Assembly (NCBI GenBank): GCA_038871175.1
Contig: JAVZIQ010000003.1
Span: 1-64,000 of the forward strand
Direction of reading: 5' to 3'
Source: Candidatus Bathyarchaeia archaeon
GTDB taxonomy: Archaea > Thermoproteota > Bathyarchaeia > Bathyarchaeales > Bathycorpusculaceae
DNA: 64,000 bases
Part shown: piece by piece, positions 46,468-56,197 of the stretch
Layout: the number at the start of each line of letters is the position of its first letter
Position numbering within the stretch: position 1 is the first letter of the stretch
Translations under genes and position numbers: made by a program
The notes under the pieces: generated by a model
Told to the model about the DNA's origin: nothing
The model's input: only the letters and a program-made list of their open reading frames with translations
The model's database searches: none

Positions 46468-47499
46468 TTGCGGATAATTCTTGTTGGGTATGGTGTTGTA
46501 GGTCAATGTCTTACAAGGATCTTCATAAATCGGAGTTTAGAGCTATCTAGCCTTTACGGTTTTCGACCTAAGGTTGTGGCTGTTGTGGATAGGGGTGGGG
46601 CTGCGGTAAATCCTAGGGGTTTGGAGCTTGAGAGGGTTTTGCTGGTTAAGAGGGAAAGGGGCACTGTGGCGGCTGAAAGCAGTTTTGGAAAGCCGGAAAT
46701 GTCCGCCTTCGATGTTATTGATTCTGTTGAGGCTGAAGCCTTTGTGGAGGTTTCTCCAACCAATGTTAGGGATGGGGAGCCAGGCCTGTCCCATATTAAA
46801 AGTGCGTTTAAATATGGATTGCATGTTGTAACGTCGAATAAGGGTCCTTTGGCTTTGGCTTTGCCTGTTTTAACGGAGCTGGCTGAGCATAATAATGTTT
46901 ATTTCAGGTTTAGCGGTTCTGTTGGCGCTGGCACTCCAGTTTTGGAGTTTGCAAAAAGATGCCTATTCGGCGATAGGATTCTGTCTGTAAGGGGTGTGTT
47001 GAATGGAACTACAAATTTTATACTTACAGAGATGGCTGAGAGGCATTCCACTTTTGAACAGGCTCTTGAAAGGGCTAAAATGCTTGGATACGCAGAAGCT
47101 GACCCTTCAATGGACATAGATGGAGTTGACACAGCCTGCAAGCTTGTTATAATTGCAAACTGGGTTATGGGTAGAAAAGTCACTTTGAAAGATGTCAAAA
47201 TCAAGGGTATAAGGGATGTAACCGTAAAAAACATAGAAGAAGCCTTCAAAGAAGAATCCACAATTAAGCTTTTAGGAACAATAGGCGAAGGATTAGAGGT
47301 AAAACCCACATGGGTTTCTAGAAAAGATCCCTTATGCGTAAGTGGAACCCTTAACGCTGTAACCTTCTTTTCAGAATTTGCAGGAGAGCAAACAATAATT
47401 GGGCGTGGTGCAGGAGGAGTTGAAACCGCCAGTGCTATATTAAGGGATTTGCTAGAAATAAAAGAGAGGTTGGCGGCTAAAGCCTGGCTTGAAGTTTAA
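46468..47499 (+). CDS. hom: Homoserine dehydrogenase
   Basis: ILVGYGVVG (NAD site), NGTTNFIL, GYAEADPSMDIDGVDTACKL motifs. Overlaps the aspartate kinase gene by 11 nt. Confidence 0.9.
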   Translation: MRIILVGYGVVGQCLTRIFINRSLELSSLYGFRPKVVAVVDRGGAAVNPRGLELERVLLVKRERGTVAAESSFGKPEMSAFDVIDSVEAEAFVEVSPTNVRDGEPGLSHIKSAFKYGLHVVTSNKGPLALALPVLTELAEHNNVYFRFSGSVGAGTPVLEFAKRCLFGDRILSVRGVLNGTTNFILTEMAERHSTFEQALERAKMLGYAEADPSMDIDGVDTACKLVIIANWVMGRKVTLKDVKIKGIRDVTVKNIEEAFKEESTIKLLGTIGEGLEVKPTWVSRKDPLCVSGTLNAVTFFSEFAGEQTIIGRGAGGVETASAILRDLLEIKERLAAKAWLEV

Positions 47500-48916
47500 G
47501 GGTGGAAAAATGAAAATAGTGATGAAGTTTGGAGGAACATCTATAACTGGGGGGAAAAATGCAAAAAAAGCAGCGGAGCTTATAGCATCCCATGTTCGTA
47601 AAGGCCATAGGATTGTGGCCGTTGTTTCAGCCTTAGACGGAGTGACAGAAAAACTAATAGAGGCTGCAGACAAGGCTGAGAGGAGGGATAAAAATTTTGT
47701 TAAGCCTTTCCTCGACGAACTGGTTGAGAAACACCTTAAACTCGCCGACCAAGCCGTTGAAAATTCAGCCGTGAAAGAGGAAGTTAAAAAGATAATTTTG
47801 TCAGCGGTTGATGAGCTTGAAAAGGTTTTAACAGGAATAATATATGTGGGGGAGCTTACGCCCAGATCAAGAGACTACATTTTATCCTTCGGTGAAAGAC
47901 TTTCCACACCCATAATATATGGGGCTGTTAAAAGCTTAGGGGTTGAAGCCTGCTATCTGACTGGGGCTGAGGCTGGGATAATAACAGACTCAAACTTTGG
48001 AGAGGCAGCCCCCCTTATGAATGCTTCGAAACACCAAGTTAAGGAACGCCTAGAGCCGCTAATTGAAAGGGGAATAGTTCCAGTGGTTACGGGCTTTATA
48101 GCTGCAACCCAGGAGGGGATAATCACAACCCTTGGGAGGGGAGGTTCAGACTACACAGCCACAATAATAGGGGCTGCACTATCAGCAGATGAGGTTTGGA
48201 TATGGACAGACGTTGACGGCCTAATGACTACAGATCCGAAAATAGTTCCATCAGCAAAAACTCTGCCTGAAATCTCCTTTGAAGAAGCCTTAGAAATGGC
48301 TGTCTACGGAGCTAAAGCAATGCATCCAAGAGCCCTAGAACCCCTAATAGGTGAGAAAACCATTGTTAGAATAAAAAACATTTTCCACCCAGAAGGCCCT
48401 GGAACAGCAATAACAGGGGAAAGGAAAATCAAACATGGAGTCACCGTTAAAGCCTTAACCCTCCTAAGAAACGTGGCATTAATAAACCTGACAGGAGCAG
48501 GAATGATAGGCACTCCAGGAACAGCTGCAAAAGTATTCGAAGTCCTTGGAAAAAACGGAATAAACATATTAATGATTTCCCAAGGAGCCTCAGAGGCCAA
48601 CATCTCAATAGCCATAAGAAGAAACCTCCTGGAAAAAGCAGTAAACGCCCTAGAAGTAGCCCTTCTCGGAAGAGGACTCATAAGGGAAATAACCTACGAA
48701 GACGACGTCTGCATAATCTCAGCTGTAGGGGCAGGCATGAAAAACACCCCCGGAATAGCCTCAAAACTTTTCACCGCTGTTGCACGCAAAGGAATAAACG
48801 TCCGAATGATTGCACAAGGCTCCTCAGAACTCAACATATCATTCGTTGTAAAAGAGGCTGACGGAAAAGCCGCCATCCAAGCAATCCACGAAGAATTCAA
48901 ACTAAACGAAGATTGA
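47489..48916 (+). CDS. lysC: Aspartate kinase
   Basis: VMKFGGTSI, GRGGSDYTA, TDVDGLMTTDP and two C-terminal ACT repeats. The start may be ATG 47510. Confidence 0.9.
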   Translation: MKFKGGKMKIVMKFGGTSITGGKNAKKAAELIASHVRKGHRIVAVVSALDGVTEKLIEAADKAERRDKNFVKPFLDELVEKHLKLADQAVENSAVKEEVKKIILSAVDELEKVLTGIIYVGELTPRSRDYILSFGERLSTPIIYGAVKSLGVEACYLTGAEAGIITDSNFGEAAPLMNASKHQVKERLEPLIERGIVPVVTGFIAATQEGIITTLGRGGSDYTATIIGAALSADEVWIWTDVDGLMTTDPKIVPSAKTLPEISFEEALEMAVYGAKAMHPRALEPLIGEKTIVRIKNIFHPEGPGTAITGERKIKHGVTVKALTLLRNVALINLTGAGMIGTPGTAAKVFEVLGKNGINILMISQGASEANISIAIRRNLLEKAVNALEVALLGRGLIREITYEDDVCIISAVGAGMKNTPGIASKLFTAVARKGINVRMIAQGSSELNISFVVKEADGKAAIQAIHEEFKLNED

Positions 48917-48955
48917 AGCAAAACGCTAATATTAGCTATTTACCGTCTTACTCTT

Positions 48956-49030
48956 GGGCCGGTAGATCAGCCTGGAATGATCGCAGCGTTGGCATCGCTG
49001 AGGTCGCGGGTTCAAATCCCGCCCGGTCCA
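48956..49030 (+). tRNA. tRNA-Ala (GGC)
   Basis: Acceptor GGGCCGG/CCGGTCC with the G3:U70 identity pair, anticodon stem CAGCG/CGCTG with loop TTGGCAT, T arm GCGGG-TTCAAAT-CCCGC. Confidence 0.9.
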
Positions 49031-50139
49031 CTTAAATCAGAACCCATGTTCCTATACTTCCTTTTGTGAAAGCATTTCTTCATGCTTAAACATTGTAGAG
49101 TAATGTGCGCAATGATGACGAATACTTATGGAAAGCTCAAAAACCTTGAATAGACCTCTGAAGTTATAGAGGCTGAATTTGAATGCTTGTGGGATATTTT
49201 GGGCTTCACCTTTTCATTAAGAAGAATGGTTGCTCACGGTTTATCCAAACTATGGGGCTCAAGCCCTATCTTAAATTGGAGAGACGCTTTTCTCGAAGGG
49301 AAAACAGACACTAGGCAAGCTGAAAGGAAATCTGAAAGTAAATTAATAAACTGAAAGCTCGCAATAAGGAGTAACCTAAGCTGAAGGAATGAGCCAGAAT
49401 GCCCATTGTTATAGTTAGGATTCCTAAGAAAATGACCAAAAAGTGGGTGCTGAGACATAAGAAGGATGGAATTGACTAATATAATATTTCCATATTTTTG
49501 AAATTTCAGTATCAGTTGCGGAATTTTGAATTGACGCCTGAAAACCTTCTTTTATTCACTATGCGTTTTCAGAAGCATGAAGGACAGCCTATGAAGGCGA
49601 GTTTGTGGGTGAGGGAAAGAAAAATTAATGATTTAGTGTAACTAATACTAATAAGGGCGCATGCAGAATCATTATAAAGGAAAAGGCCATGCAGAATCTA
49701 GTTGAAGCAAGGATAGATGTGAATCAGAAAATTACTAAAGGTGAAAAACTACCTGAGGAGATGATCCTCTACGCGGTGGACTCGGAACATTTTGTGATAG
49801 CAGCTAGACCCCTAAATAACTTGGAGGAGAAAGCCCTTTTAAAAATGAACGTTAAAGTGGTTAGTGAAAAAAGCACGTCATCATAATCCCACAAAAAATA
49901 TACAATTTCTATCAACTTGACGAAAACGACTATACTATTATGACCTCAGAGAAAGACCCAACAACAATCATAATAGCAATCTAACAGTAAAGGATGACGA
50001 CACTAAGAGTGATAAAATGTCTTCTTGCACCCCTAGGTAAGAATTTCTTTATGTCAATTTTCTCCAGCTAAATATACCCTTGCCCCAACCGTTAAACGCA
50101 TAAACATCAAAGCAGTCATTGGCGCTTCGCTTCTTAGAT

Positions 50140-50459
50140 GAAGATACTAAAATTCTCAGTCGCGAAAAATTTTGTGATGCAAGCCAAAAGCATTGAAAAA
50201 ACAGGATAGCGCGGTTCCCTTATCACTATTAGCCTACTCGGCCTGATAGGGCTCACACCCAAATCTATTTCAATATTGAGAGAACAATAACTTGAAGGTG
50301 CCGAGCGATAGTCGCATAAATTTGTCTGAAAGGTTTATCACCTTCGTTCGGGCTTGATTCAACTATCCCTTGACACCCTCACCCTATAAACATAACAAGC
50401 AAAAATCTTTATTTCAAAGAAGAAGCCTAAAAAGAATTATTCCACATTTATGCGCCTAT
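50140..50459 (-). mobile_element. Degenerate relic of an IS-A-type element (outer end plus the first ~60 transposase codons)
   Basis: Collinear with 12200-12514, including CCCTTGACACCCTCACCCTATAAAC (identical 25-mer) and the terminal ...CA(C/T)TTATGCGC. The reading frame MRLSLGTFKLLFSQY*...RYPVFSMLLAC is broken. The inner boundary is approximate. Confidence 0.65.
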
Positions 50460-50617
50460 TAGAAGGGTTGTTTGAATTAGTGCAAAGGGTAAGTATCATT
50501 GCCAGCACGATAATTGAGACGATGCCGTTAAGAAGATAATCTTCCAAGCTCTCTAGTTTTGAAAAGTTTATAGTTTATTTAAGCAATTTTTAAAAACTGC
50601 CACTGGTTAAATTTCAG

Positions 50618-51877
50618 TTGAGAATAAACATGTATTTGACTAATGAAGAGGAAAGGATGCTTAAGGGAGACTTTGGCCGAGGAATACAAAAGGCCATGGA
50701 AATTTTAGTGGCTGTTGGTGATATTAACGAGGCTGAGAGGATGATACCAGTTAGCAGTGCGCATATGGCCGGGAACTACGGACCGTTAAGGGATGAAGGA
50801 GTGGAATGGTTGGAAGAATTTGCTGAATCCGGTGTCAGTGCCAAGGTTTTTACAACGGTGAACCCGCAAGGTTTCGATTTTGATATTCCTAGGGAAATGC
50901 AGGTTCCGGAGAAATTTAGAAAAATTCAGTTAAGAATTGATGGAGCCTTGAGAAAAATTGGGGTTAAGCTTTTTTACACTTGCCAACAGTTTCTAGTTGG
51001 CAACCTGCCTAGGAAGGGTGAGCATTTGGCTTGGGCTGCATCGGAGAGCGAAATCTTCGCCAACTCTGTTCTTGGAGCCATGACGAACAGGGAAGGCGAC
51101 CACTCTGCCCTGGCAGCGGCAGTTACAGGTAAAACCCCGGAGTACGGTATGCATTTGCCTGAAAATAGGATCGCTAAGGTGCTTGTCGATGTATCTGGGC
51201 TTGATTTTGGAAGCTTAACTCAGACGGACTATGCGGCTATAGGGTACCATGTGGGTAAGATTGTTGGCGAAGATATTCCAGTGTTTGTCGGCTTGCCTAA
51301 AGATATTTCCCTTCAAAACCTTCAAGCTTTAGCCTATCCTCTTCCAGTTTCCGGCGCTGTGCCAATGTTCCATCTGGTGGGAATAACGCCGGAGGCTCCA
51401 ACACTCGAGGTAGCTTTTGGAGGGGATAAACCTGAAGATAAAATATCAGTTGCAGCCTTTGATATAAGGAATGTTTATGAGGAGTGCCGCAGGACAGAGG
51501 AGGAGAAAGTTGATCTGGTAATTTTTGGCTGTCCCCACTGCACCTTGCAGGAAATAGAGGAAATCGCATTAATGCTGGAGGGAAGAAAAGTTCGTAATGG
51601 AACAAAGTTTTGGGTGTGCACCTCTAAGGCTACTAAGGCGTTTGCTGAACGTATGGGCTATGGAGATTTAATAAGAAGAGCTGGAGGTTTACTTGTGGCT
51701 GACACATGCCCTTCCGGAGGGCCATATGCCTATCTGAAGGAACAGGGAACCAACGTTGTTGTCACTAATTCCTTGAAGGCAGCTTACTATGCCTATGGCC
51801 TTTTTGGAATGGGTACTGTATTCGCCTCCACCAAAGATTGTGTGGAGGCTGCTGTTAAAGGGAGATGGGAAAAATGA
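50618..51877 (+). CDS. Aconitase X large (catalytic, DUF521) subunit, copy 2
   Basis: Paralog of 22869-24116. The probable start is ATG 50630 (MYLTNEEERML). Confidence 0.88.
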   Translation: MRINMYLTNEEERMLKGDFGRGIQKAMEILVAVGDINEAERMIPVSSAHMAGNYGPLRDEGVEWLEEFAESGVSAKVFTTVNPQGFDFDIPREMQVPEKFRKIQLRIDGALRKIGVKLFYTCQQFLVGNLPRKGEHLAWAASESEIFANSVLGAMTNREGDHSALAAAVTGKTPEYGMHLPENRIAKVLVDVSGLDFGSLTQTDYAAIGYHVGKIVGEDIPVFVGLPKDISLQNLQALAYPLPVSGAVPMFHLVGITPEAPTLEVAFGGDKPEDKISVAAFDIRNVYEECRRTEEEKVDLVIFGCPHCTLQEIEEIALMLEGRKVRNGTKFWVCTSKATKAFAERMGYGDLIRRAGGLLVADTCPSGGPYAYLKEQGTNVVVTNSLKAAYYAYGLFGMGTVFASTKDCVEAAVKGRWEK

Positions 51878-52299
51878 CTCAGAAAATAGTGTTAAAAGCC
51901 AAACCGGTATGTAAGGGTAAAGCTGAAGGGGAAGCAATGGTTACCAAAACGCCGATATCCATCACAGGAGGTCTAAACCCCTATGATGGTAAAATTGTGG
52001 AAAGGGGACACCCACTTGAAGGGAAAAGTGTTGCTGGAAAAATATTGGTTTTCCCTCACGGTAAAGGCTCAACTACCGGACCATGGCAGTTTTATGTTGC
52101 CTATAAACGTGGGAACGCTCCTAAAGCCATAATCAACGTTAAAGCAGAGGCAGTGGTTGCTGTCAGCGCCCTAATTACAAACACTCCCATGGTACATATG
52201 CTAGAGAAAAACCCCTTAGAGGTTATAGAAACAGGAGACTACGTTGTCGTCGACGCCGATAACGGAATTGTAGAAATAACCAAGCAAAACAAACATTAG
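51865..52299 (+). CDS. Aconitase X small (swivel, DUF126) subunit, intact
   Basis: GKAEGEAMVTKTPISITGGLNPYDGKIVE...GKILVFPHGKGSTTGPWQF. The start may be ATG 51874, overlapping the large-subunit stop (ATGA). Confidence 0.85.
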   Translation: MGKMTQKIVLKAKPVCKGKAEGEAMVTKTPISITGGLNPYDGKIVERGHPLEGKSVAGKILVFPHGKGSTTGPWQFYVAYKRGNAPKAIINVKAEAVVAVSALITNTPMVHMLEKNPLEVIETGDYVVVDADNGIVEITKQNKH

Positions 52300-52311
52300 A
52301 TTATACACTCC

Positions 52312-52740
52312 TTGTTTCTGTTAGTTTTAAATAAGAAGCCATTCCAAGAATCAAGTAGCCATCATCGCAATTATCGTTACAATCGCCAGAATTGCAGTTG
52401 TTACTTGCTATCACCAACACTCCCGTTGCCAAGCCCTACTCCTGCTAATCCTACTCCGGGTCCGCCAATTAGGAAATTTTGGATGGGGTGAAGAGGTAAA
52501 CAACATGGGTGTGTGCTTGGAAGGAAATTGCAGCTTGTTATTGAAGGAACTAATCGAATCAGGTAAAGTTACTCATTACTTGGGTTCTCCATTAGTAGAA
52601 TTATCCATGCCATACTCAGCCATAACGTCTTCGCTTTTAATGTGGAAACACCTGAGCTGCTGGATCAGCTTTAGACTATTTATGTTTCGGCACACATGGA
52701 GCTATAATGTATCTTTAACTGAAAAACTGTGGCTTCCTTA
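52312..52740 (+). pseudogene. Internally deleted relic of a LIV-type solute-binding-protein gene (paralog of 56913-58301)
   Basis: Nucleotide collinearity with the intact gene at its signal-anchor/TP-linker region (GTTTTAAATAAGAA...CCTACTCCGGGTCCGCCAAT), at a KKLVELDKVD-like block and at GGCACA(CA)TGGAGCT..AA.GTATCTTTAACTGAAAAA. About 1.4 kb has been reduced to about 0.43 kb, with frame breaks. Confidence 0.7.
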
Positions 52741-53583
52741 TCTTTTTCCCTCTTTTAGTAGGGGTATTTCGCCTAGGTTGAGGTCTTTATCTATTTTTAT
52801 TTCTTCCAGTATCCAGGGTTTGTAGCCTTCCTTTTCTATTTTAACAGTGTATGTTTGGTCTTTTTCCAAGTTTTCTATCCAGAAATCTCCGAAAATGTCT
52901 GTTTGAGCAGTGTATTCCCTTCCAGTTTTCAGGTTTATGACTGTTACATCTGCTCCTTCTATGCATTCGTCTATTTCTGGGCTGTAAACCTCCCCTGCTA
53001 AAAATGGCTTCGGCAGGTTTAAATAGTACACTCTAGGCTTGGTTTTCGATTCAGGCTTTAAAACCTCAGCCTTCCCAATTAAATCCTTCAGCTCTTCCTC
53101 TTCCGCGAATTGTATGGCGTTGTGGGGGCAAACCTCAACGCATCTGGGAACCCTTAACTCATAAAGCTGGTCTATCCCGTCTAGAAGGTGGGCGCATCCG
53201 GTGCATTTCTGAGCAACATTCAAATCTTCATTAAAGTATATGGCGTTATAGGGGCAAGCCGTTAGGCATTCCCTGCAACCATTACATTTTTCAGGATTTA
53301 TCAATACTAGGCCGTCAACCCTCTTTGTTATGGCTTCAGCCTTGCAGACTCCCATACATGGAGCATCATCACAATGCATACACAAAACTGGAATGTAGGT
53401 TACCCTAACCTTAGGAATAGTTCCCCTCTCAAACTCCTCCATTTTAAGCCAGAAATGCCCAGTATCAGGCTGAGGCTTAGCATAAGGAGTCCAGTCGTTG
53501 CCTACATGCTCATCCTTACACGCTATTTGGCAACAATAGCACCCATTACATTTGGCAACGTCTATAACGAAGGCTTTTCCCAT
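52738..53583 (-). CDS. 4Fe-4S subunit of a molybdoenzyme, BthL (pyrogallol transhydroxylase beta)-like, with C-terminal beta-sandwich domain
   Basis: Ferredoxin-type Cys clusters (CNGCYCCQIAC, CMHCDDAPC, CNGCRECLTACP, CTGCAHLL, CVEVCP). The blocks NVAQKCTGCAHLLDG and KPRVYYLNL match my memory of Pelobacter BthL. The C-terminal ~80 aa looks like a carboxypeptidase-regulatory/transthyretin-like fold. Confidence 0.8.
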   Translation of the reverse strand: MGKAFVIDVAKCNGCYCCQIACKDEHVGNDWTPYAKPQPDTGHFWLKMEEFERGTIPKVRVTYIPVLCMHCDDAPCMGVCKAEAITKRVDGLVLINPEKCNGCRECLTACPYNAIYFNEDLNVAQKCTGCAHLLDGIDQLYELRVPRCVEVCPHNAIQFAEEEELKDLIGKAEVLKPESKTKPRVYYLNLPKPFLAGEVYSPEIDECIEGADVTVINLKTGREYTAQTDIFGDFWIENLEKDQTYTVKIEKEGYKPWILEEIKIDKDLNLGEIPLLKEGKR

Positions 53584-53589
53584 TCTTTT

Positions 53590-56181
53590 TCACCCCACTA
53601 CCCATGTTTCATAACATAGATTCACGTCGGGATGTAGTTTACGTTTGAATGCTTCTGGATAGGTTTTCATAAGTTCAGTGATGTCTGTTTTTTCAATTTC
53701 TACGAGGATGCCGCTGCAAACTTGGCCCACATTGTTTTTGGACATGGGTTTGTCTGGAACTATTAGGTCGATGGCTCCGCCTCTGTCTATTAGGGGGTTT
53801 ATTGATATTAGGTCGGCTCTTGCTCCGTGGTGTACTTGCACGGTTCCAGCCATTATTCTCTCGGTTATGTATGCTGCGCAGAGTACTGTTCCGCGTTCGT
53901 TGTAGACTTTAACTATGTCTCCATTTTTTATTCCTCTTTTAACGGCGTCTTTTGGGTGGATCCATACTGGTTCGTACATGTAGCCGTCTGGCCCTTTTAT
54001 TTTGCAGGTGGGTATTTCCCTTAGCCATGTTATGTCGTCTCCTTGTGCGTGGTGCCGCCATTTCGGATGGTTTGACTCTAGGAGCAGCGGGTATTTTTTG
54101 GCTCTTGGGTGGAGTAGGCTTTCTTGATGGGTTTCACCGTAGGGTATGTAGCGTGGAATGGGCGGCCTTTCCTCATCGTCTGGAAAGTGTTCAGCCAAGC
54201 CTGTGGATACTATTTCAAGTTTGCCTGTTGGGGTTTCAAGGCCTCTGCCTTCTGGCAGTTCGTAATACCATGTTAAGCCCGGTTTTGAGCCCCATGTTTT
54301 GCCGTGGGTTATGGCTACTTTGTTTTGAATTTGCTTCCACTCTTCCCATGTTGGATGGTCTGGGATGAATATTTTCCTTTTCTTAAATTCCTCCCAGCTT
54401 ATTCCATATTTTGTGGCAGCGTAACTGGCTTCATAGAATTTTTTCATAAACTCTTCGGGTGGTGGGAAGGCTTTTTCAACGCCCATTCTCTGGGCTATTA
54501 AGCGGCATATTTCATAATCGCTTTTTGATTCTCCTATTGGCTCAATGCATTTTTCTTGGTATGCAATGGCGTTTACTGCTGTTCTGCTGGTTATTATTAA
54601 GTCTTCATGTTCGAAGATTGTCTGTGCGGGAAGTATTATGTCAGCGAATGTTGCTTCGTTTTCAAGCCAAGGTGTAACTGCGACGATGAACTCTATTTTT
54701 GGGCTTCTAAATGCTTCGAGTATTCTGCTGTTCCAGCAGGTGATGTAACAGCCGTTTGCATTCCATACCATATGTATTCCCGGATGCCCTTCCGGTGGAA
54801 AAGTGTACTTCTTAAACTGGTCCTCTCTAGGCGCGCTAATAGCCCCTGTGCCATACCAGGTTATGGGAGGGTTCAAAATGGCGTCGGCTACGAGCACTTT
54901 TGGCACAATCATGGGAGAAACCACTTCAAATGTGGATCGGGCCATGGGGTTAGTCATGTAACCTGTTGTGGTTTCTGGATATTGAGGAACTGACGCAACA
55001 TTTTTTCCTATACCGCCTACTCGCATTCGTATAAATTGTCGTCCTGGTTTTCCAAGTCCCTGCATTGCTAGGCATATAACCTCCAGCCTTGCTGTTTCGT
55101 GGGAGTAGGGCCCCCTAATTTTTGGCCCGCCGAAATGCACCGCTATGGATGTTCTCTTTTTGGCCCATGTTCTAGCTAAAGCCTTTATGGTTCTGGCAGG
55201 TATCCCTGTGATTTTTTCAGCCCACTCAGGGGTTTTCGGTATTCCATCTTCTTCTCCCAACACGTATTTTCGGAATTCTTCAAAGCCTATACAATGGGTT
55301 TTAACATAATCCTTCTCGTAGGTTCCATCCTTTAACCATATATATGCAATTGCTAGGTATAATGCTCCGTCGGTGTTGGGTTTTATGGGAATCCACTTGT
55401 CTGCATGTATTGCGGCTGCAAAGTTGCAGTCGGGAGCTATGGCTATCAATTTTATACCGGCTTCCCTAAACCAGCGGCATACAACGCTGCCTATCTGTCC
55501 GGAAAATCCTGGAACGGTTGCTTCAGGATCGCAGCCTGTAAGTATAAGCACTTCCGTGTTTTCCAATACATCGTCGAAGATGGCGTCCTGATAGGCCTCT
55601 CCTGCATGGACGCCTCCTCCCATCCCCCATACATGCATGGCGCCCCAGTAATAGCCTTCCCAGCTGTCGGGATTTCTAACCTGCTGGGTGAATCCTCCAA
55701 GCTGGCGGAAAAGTTCGTGGTGAATGCCATGAGTTGTCTGGACGGATCCTCCCTGGCCGTGGCCGTCATCCTGTACAAGCACCGACCATAATCCATATTT
55801 TTCTTTTATGCGTTTTAACTCCCCTTCAATTATGTTTAGGGCTTCCTCCCACGTAATTCTAACGAATCCGCTTTTACCTCTGTTCTGGGGATTCCTATCC
55901 TCAGGGCTCCAATCCACCCTCTTCAACGGGTACTTAACCCTGTTAGGCGAATACACACGCTTTTTATAGGCTAGGCTAACCCAGTAGGGCAGAGTTTTAG
56001 CAGGCTGACTGAAAGACTTTCCGCGAGCCCTAATCTCATATAGCCTTATGCCATCGAAATGGAGAGGCTTAACCCTCAATATTTTGCCATTCTTAACATG
56101 AACCTCCAAAGGCAAAGCTGAAACTGAAATCCCGCCCAAACCATGACTCACATAACATAATTTGACTTCTTCTTCCATCAT
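53590..56181 (-). CDS. Molybdopterin oxidoreductase catalytic subunit (DMSO reductase superfamily), transhydroxylase (AthL)-like
   Basis: 863 aa. It has no N-terminal Cys-x2-Cys-x3-Cys Fe-S motif (a single Cys in the first 100 aa) and no twin-arginine signal. The start V.VKNGKILRVKPL...ARGKSF is like the Fe-S-less members. All + strand ORFs in this interval are shadows. Confidence 0.8.
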   Translation of the reverse strand: MMEEEVKLCYVSHGLGGISVSALPLEVHVKNGKILRVKPLHFDGIRLYEIRARGKSFSQPAKTLPYWVSLAYKKRVYSPNRVKYPLKRVDWSPEDRNPQNRGKSGFVRITWEEALNIIEGELKRIKEKYGLWSVLVQDDGHGQGGSVQTTHGIHHELFRQLGGFTQQVRNPDSWEGYYWGAMHVWGMGGGVHAGEAYQDAIFDDVLENTEVLILTGCDPEATVPGFSGQIGSVVCRWFREAGIKLIAIAPDCNFAAAIHADKWIPIKPNTDGALYLAIAYIWLKDGTYEKDYVKTHCIGFEEFRKYVLGEEDGIPKTPEWAEKITGIPARTIKALARTWAKKRTSIAVHFGGPKIRGPYSHETARLEVICLAMQGLGKPGRQFIRMRVGGIGKNVASVPQYPETTTGYMTNPMARSTFEVVSPMIVPKVLVADAILNPPITWYGTGAISAPREDQFKKYTFPPEGHPGIHMVWNANGCYITCWNSRILEAFRSPKIEFIVAVTPWLENEATFADIILPAQTIFEHEDLIITSRTAVNAIAYQEKCIEPIGESKSDYEICRLIAQRMGVEKAFPPPEEFMKKFYEASYAATKYGISWEEFKKRKIFIPDHPTWEEWKQIQNKVAITHGKTWGSKPGLTWYYELPEGRGLETPTGKLEIVSTGLAEHFPDDEERPPIPRYIPYGETHQESLLHPRAKKYPLLLESNHPKWRHHAQGDDITWLREIPTCKIKGPDGYMYEPVWIHPKDAVKRGIKNGDIVKVYNERGTVLCAAYITERIMAGTVQVHHGARADLISINPLIDRGGAIDLIVPDKPMSKNNVGQVCSGILVEIEKTDITELMKTYPEAFKRKLHPDVNLCYETWVVG

Positions 56182-56197
56182 TCATCCCACAGGATCG

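Noticed and set aside
49112-49161. Candidate C/D-box sRNA downstream of tRNA-Ala: AUGAUGA at 49112-49118 and CUGA at 49158-49161, 39 nt apart.
   Set aside because: There are no recognisable internal D' or C' boxes and no terminal complementary stem. A single C plus D box pair at this spacing is expected by chance in AT-rich DNA.
53678-55796. Many 60-140-aa ORFs on the + strand (and one on the - strand, 55491-55796) inside the molybdoenzyme catalytic-subunit gene.
   Set aside because: They lie in alternative frames, mostly antisense, of a well-supported 863-aa gene. They have biased, low-complexity composition and no motifs, so they are shadow ORFs. The same applies to 5704-6153, 33094-33672, 46899-47309, 48304-48681, 15449-16402 and similar entries in the track.
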